From NCBI GenBank assembly GCA_041661405.1, contig JBAZUL010000006.1:1681-65680 (forward strand): 64,000 nucleotides of DNA. The letters run 5' to 3'. The DNA comes from Patescibacteria group bacterium. Lineage in GTDB: Bacteria; Patescibacteriota; Patescibacteriia; Patescibacteriales; JBAZCA01. Positions 18,955 through 27,453 of the stretch are shown piece after piece (the first letter of the stretch is position 1; each line of letters starts with the position of its first letter). A program made the translations under genes and the position numbers. The notes below the pieces were generated by a model, which saw only the letters and a list, made by a program, of their open reading frames with translations, did not search any database and had not been told where the DNA came from.

Positions 18955-19003
18955 ACACTATATATTGTGTTGATAATAAAAATGAGTCCTCAATATATGG
19001 GAA
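18955..19003 (+). promoter_or_regulatory. Tandem NrdR boxes
   Basis: Box 1, acactatatattgtgt (18955..18970), is a near-perfect match to the palindromic NrdR-box consensus acaCwAtATaTwGtgt. Box 2, cctcaatatatgggaa (18988..19003), is weaker. The centres are 33 bp apart. Confidence 0.7.
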
Positions 19004-19128
19004 AGGCTAAATTTTAATATAATTTAAGAATTTAGTCAAATGCGGTTGGAATTAATTTTATTTTAATCAACTTTGGGTAAAATCCGTTTATAATTTATTA
19101 GAAATTATACGCGGGAGGGGAAGTCCTT

Positions 19129-19605
19129 ATGAAATGCCCTATCTGTTATTACAAAGATACTAAAGTGGTTGATTCAAGGGTAGCATCGGACGGGTTTTCC
19201 ATAAGAAGGCGGCGGGAATGTTTAAAATGCGGCTTCCGTTTTTCCACCTATGAAGAGCTGGAAATCCTGGAACTTACGATTATTAAGCGGGACGGCCGGA
19301 AAGAAGCCTACCAGCGGGAAAAACTGGAAAGAGGCCTTAAAAAAGCTTTGGAAAAACGCCCCATAACCAAAGACAATTTCAAAAAACTCGTTAACCTTAT
19401 AGAGCGGGATTTGCAGAAACTCAGGAAAAGCGAAATCACTTCCAACCAGATCGGCCTTTTTATAATGAAGCACCTGAAAAAAATGGACAAGGTCGCTTAT
19501 ATCCGCTTCGCGAGCGTTTACCAGTCGTTTAAGGACGTGGAAGAATTTTCAGAAGAACTTAGTAAGCTGGTTTCAAAGCGGAAAGAGAATAATCCAGGAA
19601 AATAA
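19129..19605 (+). CDS. nrdR: Transcriptional repressor NrdR
   Basis: MKCPICYYKDTKVVDSR zinc ribbon plus an ATP-cone. A purine-rich SD (gggagggg) lies upstream. Confidence 0.95.
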   Translation: MKCPICYYKDTKVVDSRVASDGFSIRRRRECLKCGFRFSTYEELEILELTIIKRDGRKEAYQREKLERGLKKALEKRPITKDNFKKLVNLIERDLQKLRKSEITSNQIGLFIMKHLKKMDKVAYIRFASVYQSFKDVEEFSEELSKLVSKRKENNPGK

Positions 19606-19643
19606 AATTAGCAGTTTTAAAGTCAATTGAAAATTTGAAATTG

Positions 19644-19664
19644 CCTGCCTGTCCGGTAGGCAGG
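19644..19664. other. GC hairpin CCTGCCT-N7-AGGCAGG in the nrdR-nrdD spacer
   Basis: cctgcct gtccggt aggcagg. Flanked by the near-direct repeats gaaaatttgaaatt and aaaattgaaaatt. Confidence 0.7.
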
Positions 19665-19688
19665 AAAATTGAAAATTAATATATCCCC

Positions 19689-21842
19689 ATGCAACCTTCC
19701 AAAGAAATAAAAAACAGCATAACAAAGATTATAAAGCGCTCCGGAGAAATCGCGCCATTTCTCCCGGAAAAAATCGCTGAGGCTATTTTCAAAGCGACCG
19801 AAGCCGTTGGCCAGCCTGACCGGGCGCTCGCGGAAAAATTAACCGCTGAAGTGATTGCCGCCGTAGCCGCGAAGTTTCACGAAAGATCCATTCCGGCGGT
19901 TGAAGAAATCCAGGACATGGTTGAAGAAGTTCTTATCGCCAACCGGCAGATTAAAGCCGCGAAATCCTATATCCTCTACCGGGATCAAAGGGCTCGGCTC
20001 CGGGACATGCGGTCGCTCGTTGATTACGCTACGCTCGTTGAATCCTACATCAATAACTCGGACTGGCGGGTTAAGGAAAATTCCAACATGAGCTACAGCC
20101 TCCAGGGTTTAAATAACCACATCGCTTCGGACATTTCTTCCAACTACTGGCTTAATAAAATTTACACGGCCAATATCCGCGAAGCCCATAAAGACGGCGA
20201 TTTGCATCTGCATGACCTGCAGATCATCGCCCCTTACTGTGCCGGCTGGGATTTAAGGGATTTGCTCACGCGCGGCTTTGGCGGAGTTTCGGGAAAAATT
20301 GAATCCGGGCCGGCCAAGCATTTTCGCACGGCGCTCGGGCAGGTGATAAATTTCTTCTATACCGTGCAGGGCGAAGTGGCCGGGGCCATGGCCTTTTCCA
20401 ACTTTGATACCTATCTCGCGCCTTTTATCCGCCATGACAATATGACCAAAAAAGAAGTCCGGCAAAGCCTGCAGGAATTTTTATTCAACATCAACGTCCC
20501 GACCCGGGTCGGATTCCAGACGCCTTTTACCAACATCACCCTGGATTTGACGGTAACCGGCGCGTTAAAGGATGAGCATGTAATCATCGGCGGAAAGCCC
20601 CAGATTGAAACTTACAAGGAATTCCAGAAAGAAATGGACATGTTCAACGAAATTTTCGCCGAGCTGATGATGGAGGGCGACGCTAAGGGGCGGGTTTTTA
20701 CCTTTCCCATTCCGACTTACAATATTACTAAAGATTTTAACTGGGATTCGCCGGTAACCGAAAAAGTTTTTGACATGACCGCTAAATACGGCATCCCCTA
20801 TTTTTCCAACTTTATTAATTCTGATATGAGTCCGGACGACGCCCGGTCAATGTGCTGCCGCTTGCGGCTTGATAACCGGGAACTGAGAAAGCGCGGCGGC
20901 GGACTTTTTGGCGCCAACCCTTTAACCGGCTCCATCGGCGTCGTAACTATCAACCTGCCGCGGATCGGCTACCTCGCGAAAACTGAAGGCGAATTCTTTG
21001 ACCGTTTGTCCGACCTGATGCAAATCGCCCGGGAAAGCCTTGAAATAAAAAGGAAAGTTTTAGAAGACTTAACCGACGGCGGGCTTTATCCTTACGCCAG
21101 GCATTATCTTGATAATATTAAAGCGCGTTTCGGCGGTTACTGGAATAACCATTTTTCAACCATCGGCATTATCGGCATGAATGAAGCCCTCCTGAATTTT
21201 AATCCGCTCCGCACCGGCATTTCCACCCCGGCTGGCCGGATCTTTGCCGAAAAGACATTGTCTTTTATCCGGGAGAAAATGATGGATTACCAAAATTCCA
21301 CCAACCACCTATACAATCTTGAAGCGACGCCGGCCGAGGGAACGACAAGGAGGCTTGCTAACCTTGATAAGAAAAAATACGCCGATATCATCGTGGCTAA
21401 CGATAAAGAGGTTAAGGCTGGCGTTGCCGCTCCGTTCTATTCCAACTCCACCCAATTGCCGGTGAGCCATACTGACGATATGTTTGAAGCGCTGGATTTG
21501 CAGGACGGACTGCAAACCCGGTACACCGGCGGAACCGTATTCCACGGCTTTGTCGGCGAGGCTCTGCCTTCGGCTGAATCAGTAAAAAATCTTGTCCGGA
21601 AAATCGCTTACAACTACAAACTGCCTTACTTTACGATCACCCCGACTTTTTCCATTTGCCCGAAGCACGGCTATCTTGCCGGCGAACACCATTACTGCCC
21701 GAAATGCGACGAGGAAAACGGAACCGGCGGGATATTAACAGCGGAAAAAAAGATTGAAGAAAAGCCGTTAGGGCGGGAAAATCCGGAAAACGCGGCCAGC
21801 CAGGGAAATTTGGAAAGGGATTTAATAACTTTATTAGCATAA
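19689..21842 (+). CDS. nrdD: Anaerobic (class III) ribonucleoside-triphosphate reductase NrdD, large fragment lacking the glycyl-radical motif
   Basis: N-terminal ATP-cone and a class III RNR body. C-terminal ICPKHGY...YCPKC zinc site. The ORF ends in a low-complexity tail and tandem stops (taataa). Confidence 0.9.
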   Translation: MQPSKEIKNSITKIIKRSGEIAPFLPEKIAEAIFKATEAVGQPDRALAEKLTAEVIAAVAAKFHERSIPAVEEIQDMVEEVLIANRQIKAAKSYILYRDQRARLRDMRSLVDYATLVESYINNSDWRVKENSNMSYSLQGLNNHIASDISSNYWLNKIYTANIREAHKDGDLHLHDLQIIAPYCAGWDLRDLLTRGFGGVSGKIESGPAKHFRTALGQVINFFYTVQGEVAGAMAFSNFDTYLAPFIRHDNMTKKEVRQSLQEFLFNINVPTRVGFQTPFTNITLDLTVTGALKDEHVIIGGKPQIETYKEFQKEMDMFNEIFAELMMEGDAKGRVFTFPIPTYNITKDFNWDSPVTEKVFDMTAKYGIPYFSNFINSDMSPDDARSMCCRLRLDNRELRKRGGGLFGANPLTGSIGVVTINLPRIGYLAKTEGEFFDRLSDLMQIARESLEIKRKVLEDLTDGGLYPYARHYLDNIKARFGGYWNNHFSTIGIIGMNEALLNFNPLRTGISTPAGRIFAEKTLSFIREKMMDYQNSTNHLYNLEATPAEGTTRRLANLDKKKYADIIVANDKEVKAGVAAPFYSNSTQLPVSHTDDMFEALDLQDGLQTRYTGGTVFHGFVGEALPSAESVKNLVRKIAYNYKLPYFTITPTFSICPKHGYLAGEHHYCPKCDEENGTGGILTAEKKIEEKPLGRENPENAASQGNLERDLITLLA

Positions 21843-21853
21843 TAAACAAAACT

Positions 21854-22000
21854 ATGAGTCCAGTTGAAACAAAAAGACAACCTTGCGAAGTTTACAGCCG
21901 GGTTTGCGGTTATCTCCGGCCGGTAAGCCAGTGGAATGATTCAAAGCAGGCCGAGTTCGTTAACCGGAAGATGTATAAAACCGAAAATAGCGATAAATAA
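21854..22000 (+). CDS. Stand-alone NrdD glycyl-radical domain (48 codons, below the ORF-track cutoff)
   Basis: Translates to MSPVETKRQPCEVYSRVCGYLRPVSQWNDSKQAEFVNRKMYKTENSDK. RVCGY...W..(G/S)K..EF is the class III RNR glycyl-radical signature. Its TAA overlaps the nrdG ATG (TAATG). Confidence 0.75.
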   Translation: MSPVETKRQPCEVYSRVCGYLRPVSQWNDSKQAEFVNRKMYKTENSDK

Positions 22001-22773
22001 TGAAAATCGGCGGTTTGCAAAAATTCAGCCTTCTTGATTATCCGGGAAAAATTTCCGCCATCATATTCACGAAGGGTTGCAATTTCCGCTGTCATTATTG
22101 CTATAATCCCATGCTTGTTGAGCCTAAAGGCGGACGTGTCCTGACCCGACGGCAAGGCAAGGTAGTATATTCTTCGCCCGATCCCGAGAAATCGGGAGAG
22201 GGCGAAGAGCAGGAAGGTCATCCCCTAAAAGAGGGTGATCTTTTTGTTTTTCTAAAAAAACGGATCAAAAAATTGGACGCTGTCGTAATAACCGGTGGCG
22301 AGCCGACAATCCAGCCGGATTTGCCGGAGTTTCTCGCGAAAATCAAAGCTTTGGGCTACCTTATTAAACTGGACACAAATGGGTCTAACCCGGAAATGCT
22401 TAAGAAAATACTGGATAAAAAATTAGCGGATTACATTGCCATGGATTTAAAAACCGCTTTGCCGGCTTACGAAAAAGCCTGCGGAATTAAATTCAATTTG
22501 GAAAAATTGGAAAAAAGTATTAAAATAATTAAGGAAAGCTCTCTGCCGCATGAATGGCGGACGACGCTTGTTCCGGGAATCGTGGAGGCGGCTGATATTA
22601 CGGCCTTGGGGAAATTGATTAAAGGCGAATCCGTCTGGTATTTGCAGGAGTTTAAAAGCCAGACCCCTTTGGTTAACGCGGAATTCCAGGGAAAGAACTC
22701 GCATACCGGGAAAGAAATGGAAAAGATGCGAAAGATCGCCATGAAATATGTTAAGAAGTGCGAAATAAGATAA
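22000..22773 (+). CDS. nrdG: Anaerobic RNR activating radical-SAM protein NrdG
   Basis: CNFRCHYCYN (CX3CX2C), GGEPT, and operon position after nrdD. Confidence 0.9.
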   Translation: MKIGGLQKFSLLDYPGKISAIIFTKGCNFRCHYCYNPMLVEPKGGRVLTRRQGKVVYSSPDPEKSGEGEEQEGHPLKEGDLFVFLKKRIKKLDAVVITGGEPTIQPDLPEFLAKIKALGYLIKLDTNGSNPEMLKKILDKKLADYIAMDLKTALPAYEKACGIKFNLEKLEKSIKIIKESSLPHEWRTTLVPGIVEAADITALGKLIKGESVWYLQEFKSQTPLVNAEFQGKNSHTGKEMEKMRKIAMKYVKKCEIR

Positions 22774-22833
22774 TCAATTGTCAATTACGAATTTTTATAA
22801 ATTAATTCGAAATTGTCTATTGTAAATTGAATT

Positions 22834-23145
22834 ATGGACGGCGAAAAACCAAAAGAAGAAAGGCTCGCTGAGCTTTTGGAAAGAAACCTCGCGTTAACCG
22901 AGGAAATTTATAAAATGACTAAGAGCGTCAAAGGTTATGTTAATTTTCAAAAAGTCATGAGCGTGATTTATTTCCTTTTGATTGTAGTGCCGATAATTCT
23001 AAGCGCGATTTATCTTCCGCCGCTTTTAAAAGGGATTTTCAGCCAGTACGGATCGGCGCTCGGCGGAGACGATTTTTTAAAAACCGTAAACCCGTCTGAT
23101 TTAAGGAACGTATCGCCGGAAATCAGGAATCTGCTGGAAAATTAG
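22834..23145 (+). CDS. Hypothetical membrane protein
   Basis: 103 aa with one hydrophobic helix (VIYFLLIVVPIILSAIYL). Confidence 0.4.
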   Translation: MDGEKPKEERLAELLERNLALTEEIYKMTKSVKGYVNFQKVMSVIYFLLIVVPIILSAIYLPPLLKGIFSQYGSALGGDDFLKTVNPSDLRNVSPEIRNLLEN

Positions 23146-23158
23146 TAAGCTTAACTAT

Positions 23159-23482
23159 ATGAAGAGAGATAAAAATCTTACCGCTTTTGAAAAACGGGTT
23201 TTAAGGGCGATAAAAGCGGTAAAAAAAGGAAGGGTTGCCACTTATAAAGAAGTGGCGCGAAAAATCGGGGCGCCGGGAGCCGGACGGGCGGTTGGCAACG
23301 CTTTAAGTAAAAACCCATGGGCGCCGAAAGTCCCTTGCCATCGGATCGTTAAAGCTGACGGCCGGATCGGCGGATACGCCGGCGGAGTAAAGAAAAAGAT
23401 AAGGCTTTTAAAAGAAGAAGGCGTAATTATGCGTAATAACAGGGTGGCGGGGTTTAATAAGATTTTAATGAGGCTAAGTTAG
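23159..23482 (+). CDS. ogt: Methylated-DNA-protein-cysteine methyltransferase (AGT domain only)
   Basis: PCHRIV active-site motif within VPCHRIVKADGRIGGYAGG. Confidence 0.8.
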   Translation: MKRDKNLTAFEKRVLRAIKAVKKGRVATYKEVARKIGAPGAGRAVGNALSKNPWAPKVPCHRIVKADGRIGGYAGGVKKKIRLLKEEGVIMRNNRVAGFNKILMRLS

Positions 23483-23492
23483 CCTTAAATTT

Positions 23493-24722
23493 ATGCATAA
23501 TGAGCAGAAAAAATTATTAATTTCAGTAGTCATTACTTCCATAATCGTCAGTTCTTTGTTCGGCGGGGTGGTCGGTTTTTGGGCTGGAGCGGTTTCGCGG
23601 GAGACTCCATTTAGCCTGTTAAAAGGCAGTATGTTCGGAGCGGAAAAGGTGGTAAAAGTTGAAGAAGAATCCTCAGTCATTTCAGCGGTGGAAAAAGTTT
23701 CGCCGGCCGTAGTGAGCATAATTATTTCCAAAGATTTGCCGATTATTGAAGAATTCCGGGAGACTCCGCCCGGATCGGATTTTTTCCGGCAATTCTTCGG
23801 CGATGATTTTGGATTGGATTTTAATACCCCCCAATTCCGTCAAAACGGAACTGAGAAGCGGGAGATCGGCGGCGGCAGCGGGTTCATAATTTCGTCCGAC
23901 GGGTATGTCGTTACTAACCGGCACGTAGTTTCTGATGAGTCCGCCGATTATACTGTCCTGACTAACAGCGGAAAAAAATACCCGGCCAAAGTCCTTGCCC
24001 GGGACGCGGTAAATGACCTGGCTGTCTTAAAAGTTGACGCTTCGGGCTTGCCGGCCGTAGAATTCGGCGACAGCGCGAGCCTTAAGGCGGGACAGTCGGT
24101 AATCGCCATTGGCAACGCTTTGGGAGAATTCCGCAATACGGTTTCGGTCGGCGTTATTTCCGGACTCGCGAGATCAGTCGTCGCGAGCGGCGGGCTTTCG
24201 GGAAGCGAACAATTGTCCAACGTCATCCAGACCGATGCTTCTATTAATCCCGGCAATTCCGGCGGGCCGCTTTTGAATCTTGCTGGCCAGGTTATCGGCA
24301 TTAATACGGCCATTGTCGCCGGGGCGCAGAATATCGGTTTTGCCCTGCCGATCAACGAAGTTAAGTCTTCAATCGAAAGCGTCCGGCAAACCGGAAAAAT
24401 CGTCCGGCCCTGGCTCGGGGTGCGCTATGTTTTAATTGATGACGCTTTGGCTGAAACGCGGAAATTAGCGGTAAAGGACGGAGCGCTTGTTATTAAAGGG
24501 GAAAACGAAAACGAACCAGCCGTGATTTCGGGATCGCCGGCCGATAAGGCGGGCTTAAAAGAAAACGACATAATCCTGGAGCTTGACGGTACGGCCATAA
24601 ACGAAAGCAATCCGCTCGCCAACGCCCTCGGGCGCTTTAAGCCGGGCGACGAGGTAACTCTTAAAATCCGGAGCGGGGAAGAGGAAAAGGAGGTGAAAGT
24701 CAGGCTGGAAGAATTGAAGTAG
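23493..24722 (+). CDS. htrA: HtrA/DegP family serine protease with PDZ domain
   Basis: Catalytic triad contexts TNRHVV, DLAVLKV and GNSGGPLLN. N-terminal TM anchor and C-terminal PDZ. Confidence 0.9.
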   Translation: MHNEQKKLLISVVITSIIVSSLFGGVVGFWAGAVSRETPFSLLKGSMFGAEKVVKVEEESSVISAVEKVSPAVVSIIISKDLPIIEEFRETPPGSDFFRQFFGDDFGLDFNTPQFRQNGTEKREIGGGSGFIISSDGYVVTNRHVVSDESADYTVLTNSGKKYPAKVLARDAVNDLAVLKVDASGLPAVEFGDSASLKAGQSVIAIGNALGEFRNTVSVGVISGLARSVVASGGLSGSEQLSNVIQTDASINPGNSGGPLLNLAGQVIGINTAIVAGAQNIGFALPINEVKSSIESVRQTGKIVRPWLGVRYVLIDDALAETRKLAVKDGALVIKGENENEPAVISGSPADKAGLKENDIILELDGTAINESNPLANALGRFKPGDEVTLKIRSGEEEKEVKVRLEELK

Positions 24723-24887
24723 CCGGAAAGATTAGCCGGCTATGTTCAAATTTATAAACATATAAGGATTAATTTTTTATCCCGCTTGCTACTCTTAGCC
24801 GGATTAGAACTGATTGATAAAGCTCTTTAAAAAGTGTAAAATATAAATAGCTTAAATTAGTTTCCAGTCTTACTAGGCCATAACATT

Positions 24888-25583
24888 ATGTCATCACCCG
24901 AAAACATCATAGAAACATCCGGCAATAAACCTCAAATTCCGAATGATGTTAAGGTCGGCGATTTTGTTGTAGCGAAATTTAAAAGCTCGGAATGGGCAGA
25001 ACATCTCCCTTGGGAAGATTGGCATCATGTCGGCATGATTTCTCAGCTTCAACCGCTGAAAGTAATTGAAGTCAGCGGCATTCTCTTGCAAAAGAAGGAT
25101 AAAAAAGCCGGTAAAAAAGAGATTCGCGAGGGAGTCGTTGAGTATGAAATGGAAAAAAGACGAACAGTCACATTGCCAAACGAAACAAAAAATACTAATG
25201 GGAATTTATGGCTTCTCGACGACTTACTGGAGACGGCATGGCTAAAGCCTGTTTTTCCGAGTCCAATCCGAGAAATTGATAAATGGCATGTGCCGCGGCA
25301 TAAAAGAAAAATAATTACAGAGGAAGAAGCCCGTAAACGCGCAGTTTCATACGCGCGCGAACAGCTAGGTGAATCCTACAGCGTCACGGCAACTAAATGG
25401 AGCGAATCTAAATGGTACTGTTCCTTATTAATATATAAAAGCTACTCGCGATCGGTAACTGGCATGTATTTAGAAACATACGGTCGTTCATACGACATAA
25501 AAGCTGGTCCGATAGTAACGCCGGAAGATTTAGCCGACAGTCCCCGAAGCCAAGCATATTTCTCATGGAAAAAGAAACAATGA
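24888..25583 (+). CDS. Putative permuted papain-fold (YiiX / NlpC-P60-like) peptidase
   Basis: The order WHHVGMI ... VIEVSG ... then WYCSLLIYKSY resembles the His-before-Cys permuted family. Confidence 0.4.
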   Translation: MSSPENIIETSGNKPQIPNDVKVGDFVVAKFKSSEWAEHLPWEDWHHVGMISQLQPLKVIEVSGILLQKKDKKAGKKEIREGVVEYEMEKRRTVTLPNETKNTNGNLWLLDDLLETAWLKPVFPSPIREIDKWHVPRHKRKIITEEEARKRAVSYAREQLGESYSVTATKWSESKWYCSLLIYKSYSRSVTGMYLETYGRSYDIKAGPIVTPEDLADSPRSQAYFSWKKKQ

Positions 25584-26242
25584 TTATAATGAGAAAAAAA
25601 ATACTGATCAGAGGATTGGCAGGCGCGTTCGCGCTGTTGCTTATGTATTTATTTTTAAGTTTAAACGTCAAACCAAAAATTGACACAACGGTAATTAGAG
25701 AAAGCGCCTTCATTGAGTATCCGGCAGAGTTTAATTACAGGCAATCAAAAAATGACTGCGGGCCGTTTAATACAGCCGCGGCGGTAAGAGTTCTTAAGGG
25801 CGAAAACGCAGATTCAGCATCGTTCGCTAAAGAAATAGGCTGGCGTCTTCCCAATAAATATACCCTGCCTTGGGGTCTTGAAAACCAGCTCAAGGAACAC
25901 GGTGTCCGCGTTGAGAAGCCCGATTTCAAACTCTTAACAGACGATGAAAAAATTACGCTTATTCAGGAATACCTTTCCCTTGGCATGCCTGTTATCATCC
26001 TTGGCGAACGAGACGGCTATGAACATTACATAACTATATTGGGATTTGACTCTAACTTGGATCAGTATTACATATATGATAGCCTTCAAGCGCCTTTGCC
26101 TGAACAAAAAGATATGACAATAGATGAGAACGCGGATTTTTCCGGAAATAAATCCATGAAATCACGGGAACTTATGGATTTTTGGCGCGGCGGCGGGATG
26201 TATGGACTCTGGAAATGGTACGGGCTTGCCGCGGATTTATAA
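25580..26242 (+). CDS. Putative C39-like papain-fold cysteine peptidase, membrane anchored
   Basis: QSKNDCGPFNTAAAV (Cys) and EHYITILGFD ... YIYDS (His/Asp). N-terminal TM. ATG 25580 overlaps the upstream TGA (ATGA). Confidence 0.45.
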   Translation: MIIMRKKILIRGLAGAFALLLMYLFLSLNVKPKIDTTVIRESAFIEYPAEFNYRQSKNDCGPFNTAAAVRVLKGENADSASFAKEIGWRLPNKYTLPWGLENQLKEHGVRVEKPDFKLLTDDEKITLIQEYLSLGMPVIILGERDGYEHYITILGFDSNLDQYYIYDSLQAPLPEQKDMTIDENADFSGNKSMKSRELMDFWRGGGMYGLWKWYGLAADL

Positions 26243-26254
26243 AAATTTAAGTAA

Positions 26255-27376
26255 ATGGAAAACCTCTTAAAACAACTGGAAGAGCTAAGGGAAAAAATCG
26301 CGGCTACGGCCGGGATTTTGGATATTGAAAAAAAGAAAGTTGAGGCCAAGGAGCTGAGACTTGAGACCGGCAAGGCCGGATTTTGGAATGACCGCGAGCG
26401 GGCGGTGGAAATCGGCCAAAAGCTCCAAGGCCTGGAATCGGAAGTCCAGGAATGGGAGGAGCTCCGAAAAGAGATCCGCGAGCTGGAAGAGTTTGTCGCT
26501 ATGGCGCAAAATGAGGCGAAAAAAAACGGGGATGGCGATAACGGTGAAAACAAAGGATTGCATGATGAAATGGAGAAAAAATTTCATGAGCTTAAAATAA
26601 AATTTGAAGCCTTGGAATTCCTGGTTTTATTTTCCGGAAAATACGACCGCCAGAACGCCATTCTTTCCATCCACGCCGGAACCGGCGGAACCGACGCGCA
26701 GGACTGGGCGCAAATTTTGCAAAGGATGTATTTAAGGTTTAGCGAGAAAAAACGCTGGAAAGCGGAAATTTTAGATACTACCTACGGAAGCGAAGCCGGA
26801 ATAAAAAGCGCGACCCTAAGAATAAAAGGCGATTGGGCTTACGGCTATCTCCGGTCGGAAAACGGGGTGCACCGGCTAGTTCGCATTTCGCCTTTTGACG
26901 CCGAAGCCATGCGCCATACTTCGTTCGCTTTAATAGAAGTTATTCCTGAACTGCCGGAAACCGAAGACGTGCCGTTGAAAGACGAGGACTTGCGCGTTGA
27001 TGTTTTTCGCTCTTCGGGGCCGGGCGGCCAAAGCGTTAATACGACTGATTCAGCCGTGCGCATAACCCACTTGGCTACCGGTTTAGTCGCGACCTGCCAG
27101 ACCGAACGCTCCCAGCATCAAAACCGGGAAAACTGTTTAAAAATTTTAAAATCAAAAATCGCCAAGCTCGCCGAAGACGAGCGGCGAGTCGAAGAATTAA
27201 AACTCCGGGGCGAAGCGCAAAAGGCCGAATGGGGAAAGCAAATCCGCTCTTACGTCATGCAGCCCTATAAAATGGTAAAAGATCACCGCACCAAGCACGA
27301 AACCCAGGACGTGGACGCGGTTTTAGATGGCCGGCTGGAAGAATTTATGGAAAGTTATTTGAGGAAAAGTATTTAG
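26255..27376 (+). CDS. prfB: Peptide chain release factor 2
   Basis: SPF (RISPFDA) and GGQ (SGPGGQSVNTTDSAVRITH). The ORF is uninterrupted. Confidence 0.95.
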   Translation: MENLLKQLEELREKIAATAGILDIEKKKVEAKELRLETGKAGFWNDRERAVEIGQKLQGLESEVQEWEELRKEIRELEEFVAMAQNEAKKNGDGDNGENKGLHDEMEKKFHELKIKFEALEFLVLFSGKYDRQNAILSIHAGTGGTDAQDWAQILQRMYLRFSEKKRWKAEILDTTYGSEAGIKSATLRIKGDWAYGYLRSENGVHRLVRISPFDAEAMRHTSFALIEVIPELPETEDVPLKDEDLRVDVFRSSGPGGQSVNTTDSAVRITHLATGLVATCQTERSQHQNRENCLKILKSKIAKLAEDERRVEELKLRGEAQKAEWGKQIRSYVMQPYKMVKDHRTKHETQDVDAVLDGRLEEFMESYLRKSI

Positions 27377-27379
27377 TGC

Positions 27380-27406
27380 TTGGAATTTGGAATTTATTGC
27401 TATAAT
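27380..27406 (+). promoter_or_regulatory. Putative promoter for comEC (TTGGAA-15-TATAAT, extended -10 TGc)
   Basis: TGcTATAAT has its -10 at 27401..27406. This argues against the tracked TTG 27409 start. Confidence 0.45.
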
Positions 27407-27453
27407 TTTTGAAAGAAATTTTAGTAAAGTCAAGCCAGTGTCGGCTTGTGTTT

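Noticed and set aside
18691-19128. Chromosomal origin (oriC) in the 438-bp spacer with DnaA boxes
   Set aside because: There are only two boxes, no dnaA or dnaN nearby, and the spacer is better explained as the nrd promoter/operator region.
26255-27376. Programmed +1 frameshift site in prfB
   Set aside because: The ORF is continuous from its ATG, with no in-frame TGA near codon 25. This RF2 is simply unframeshifted.
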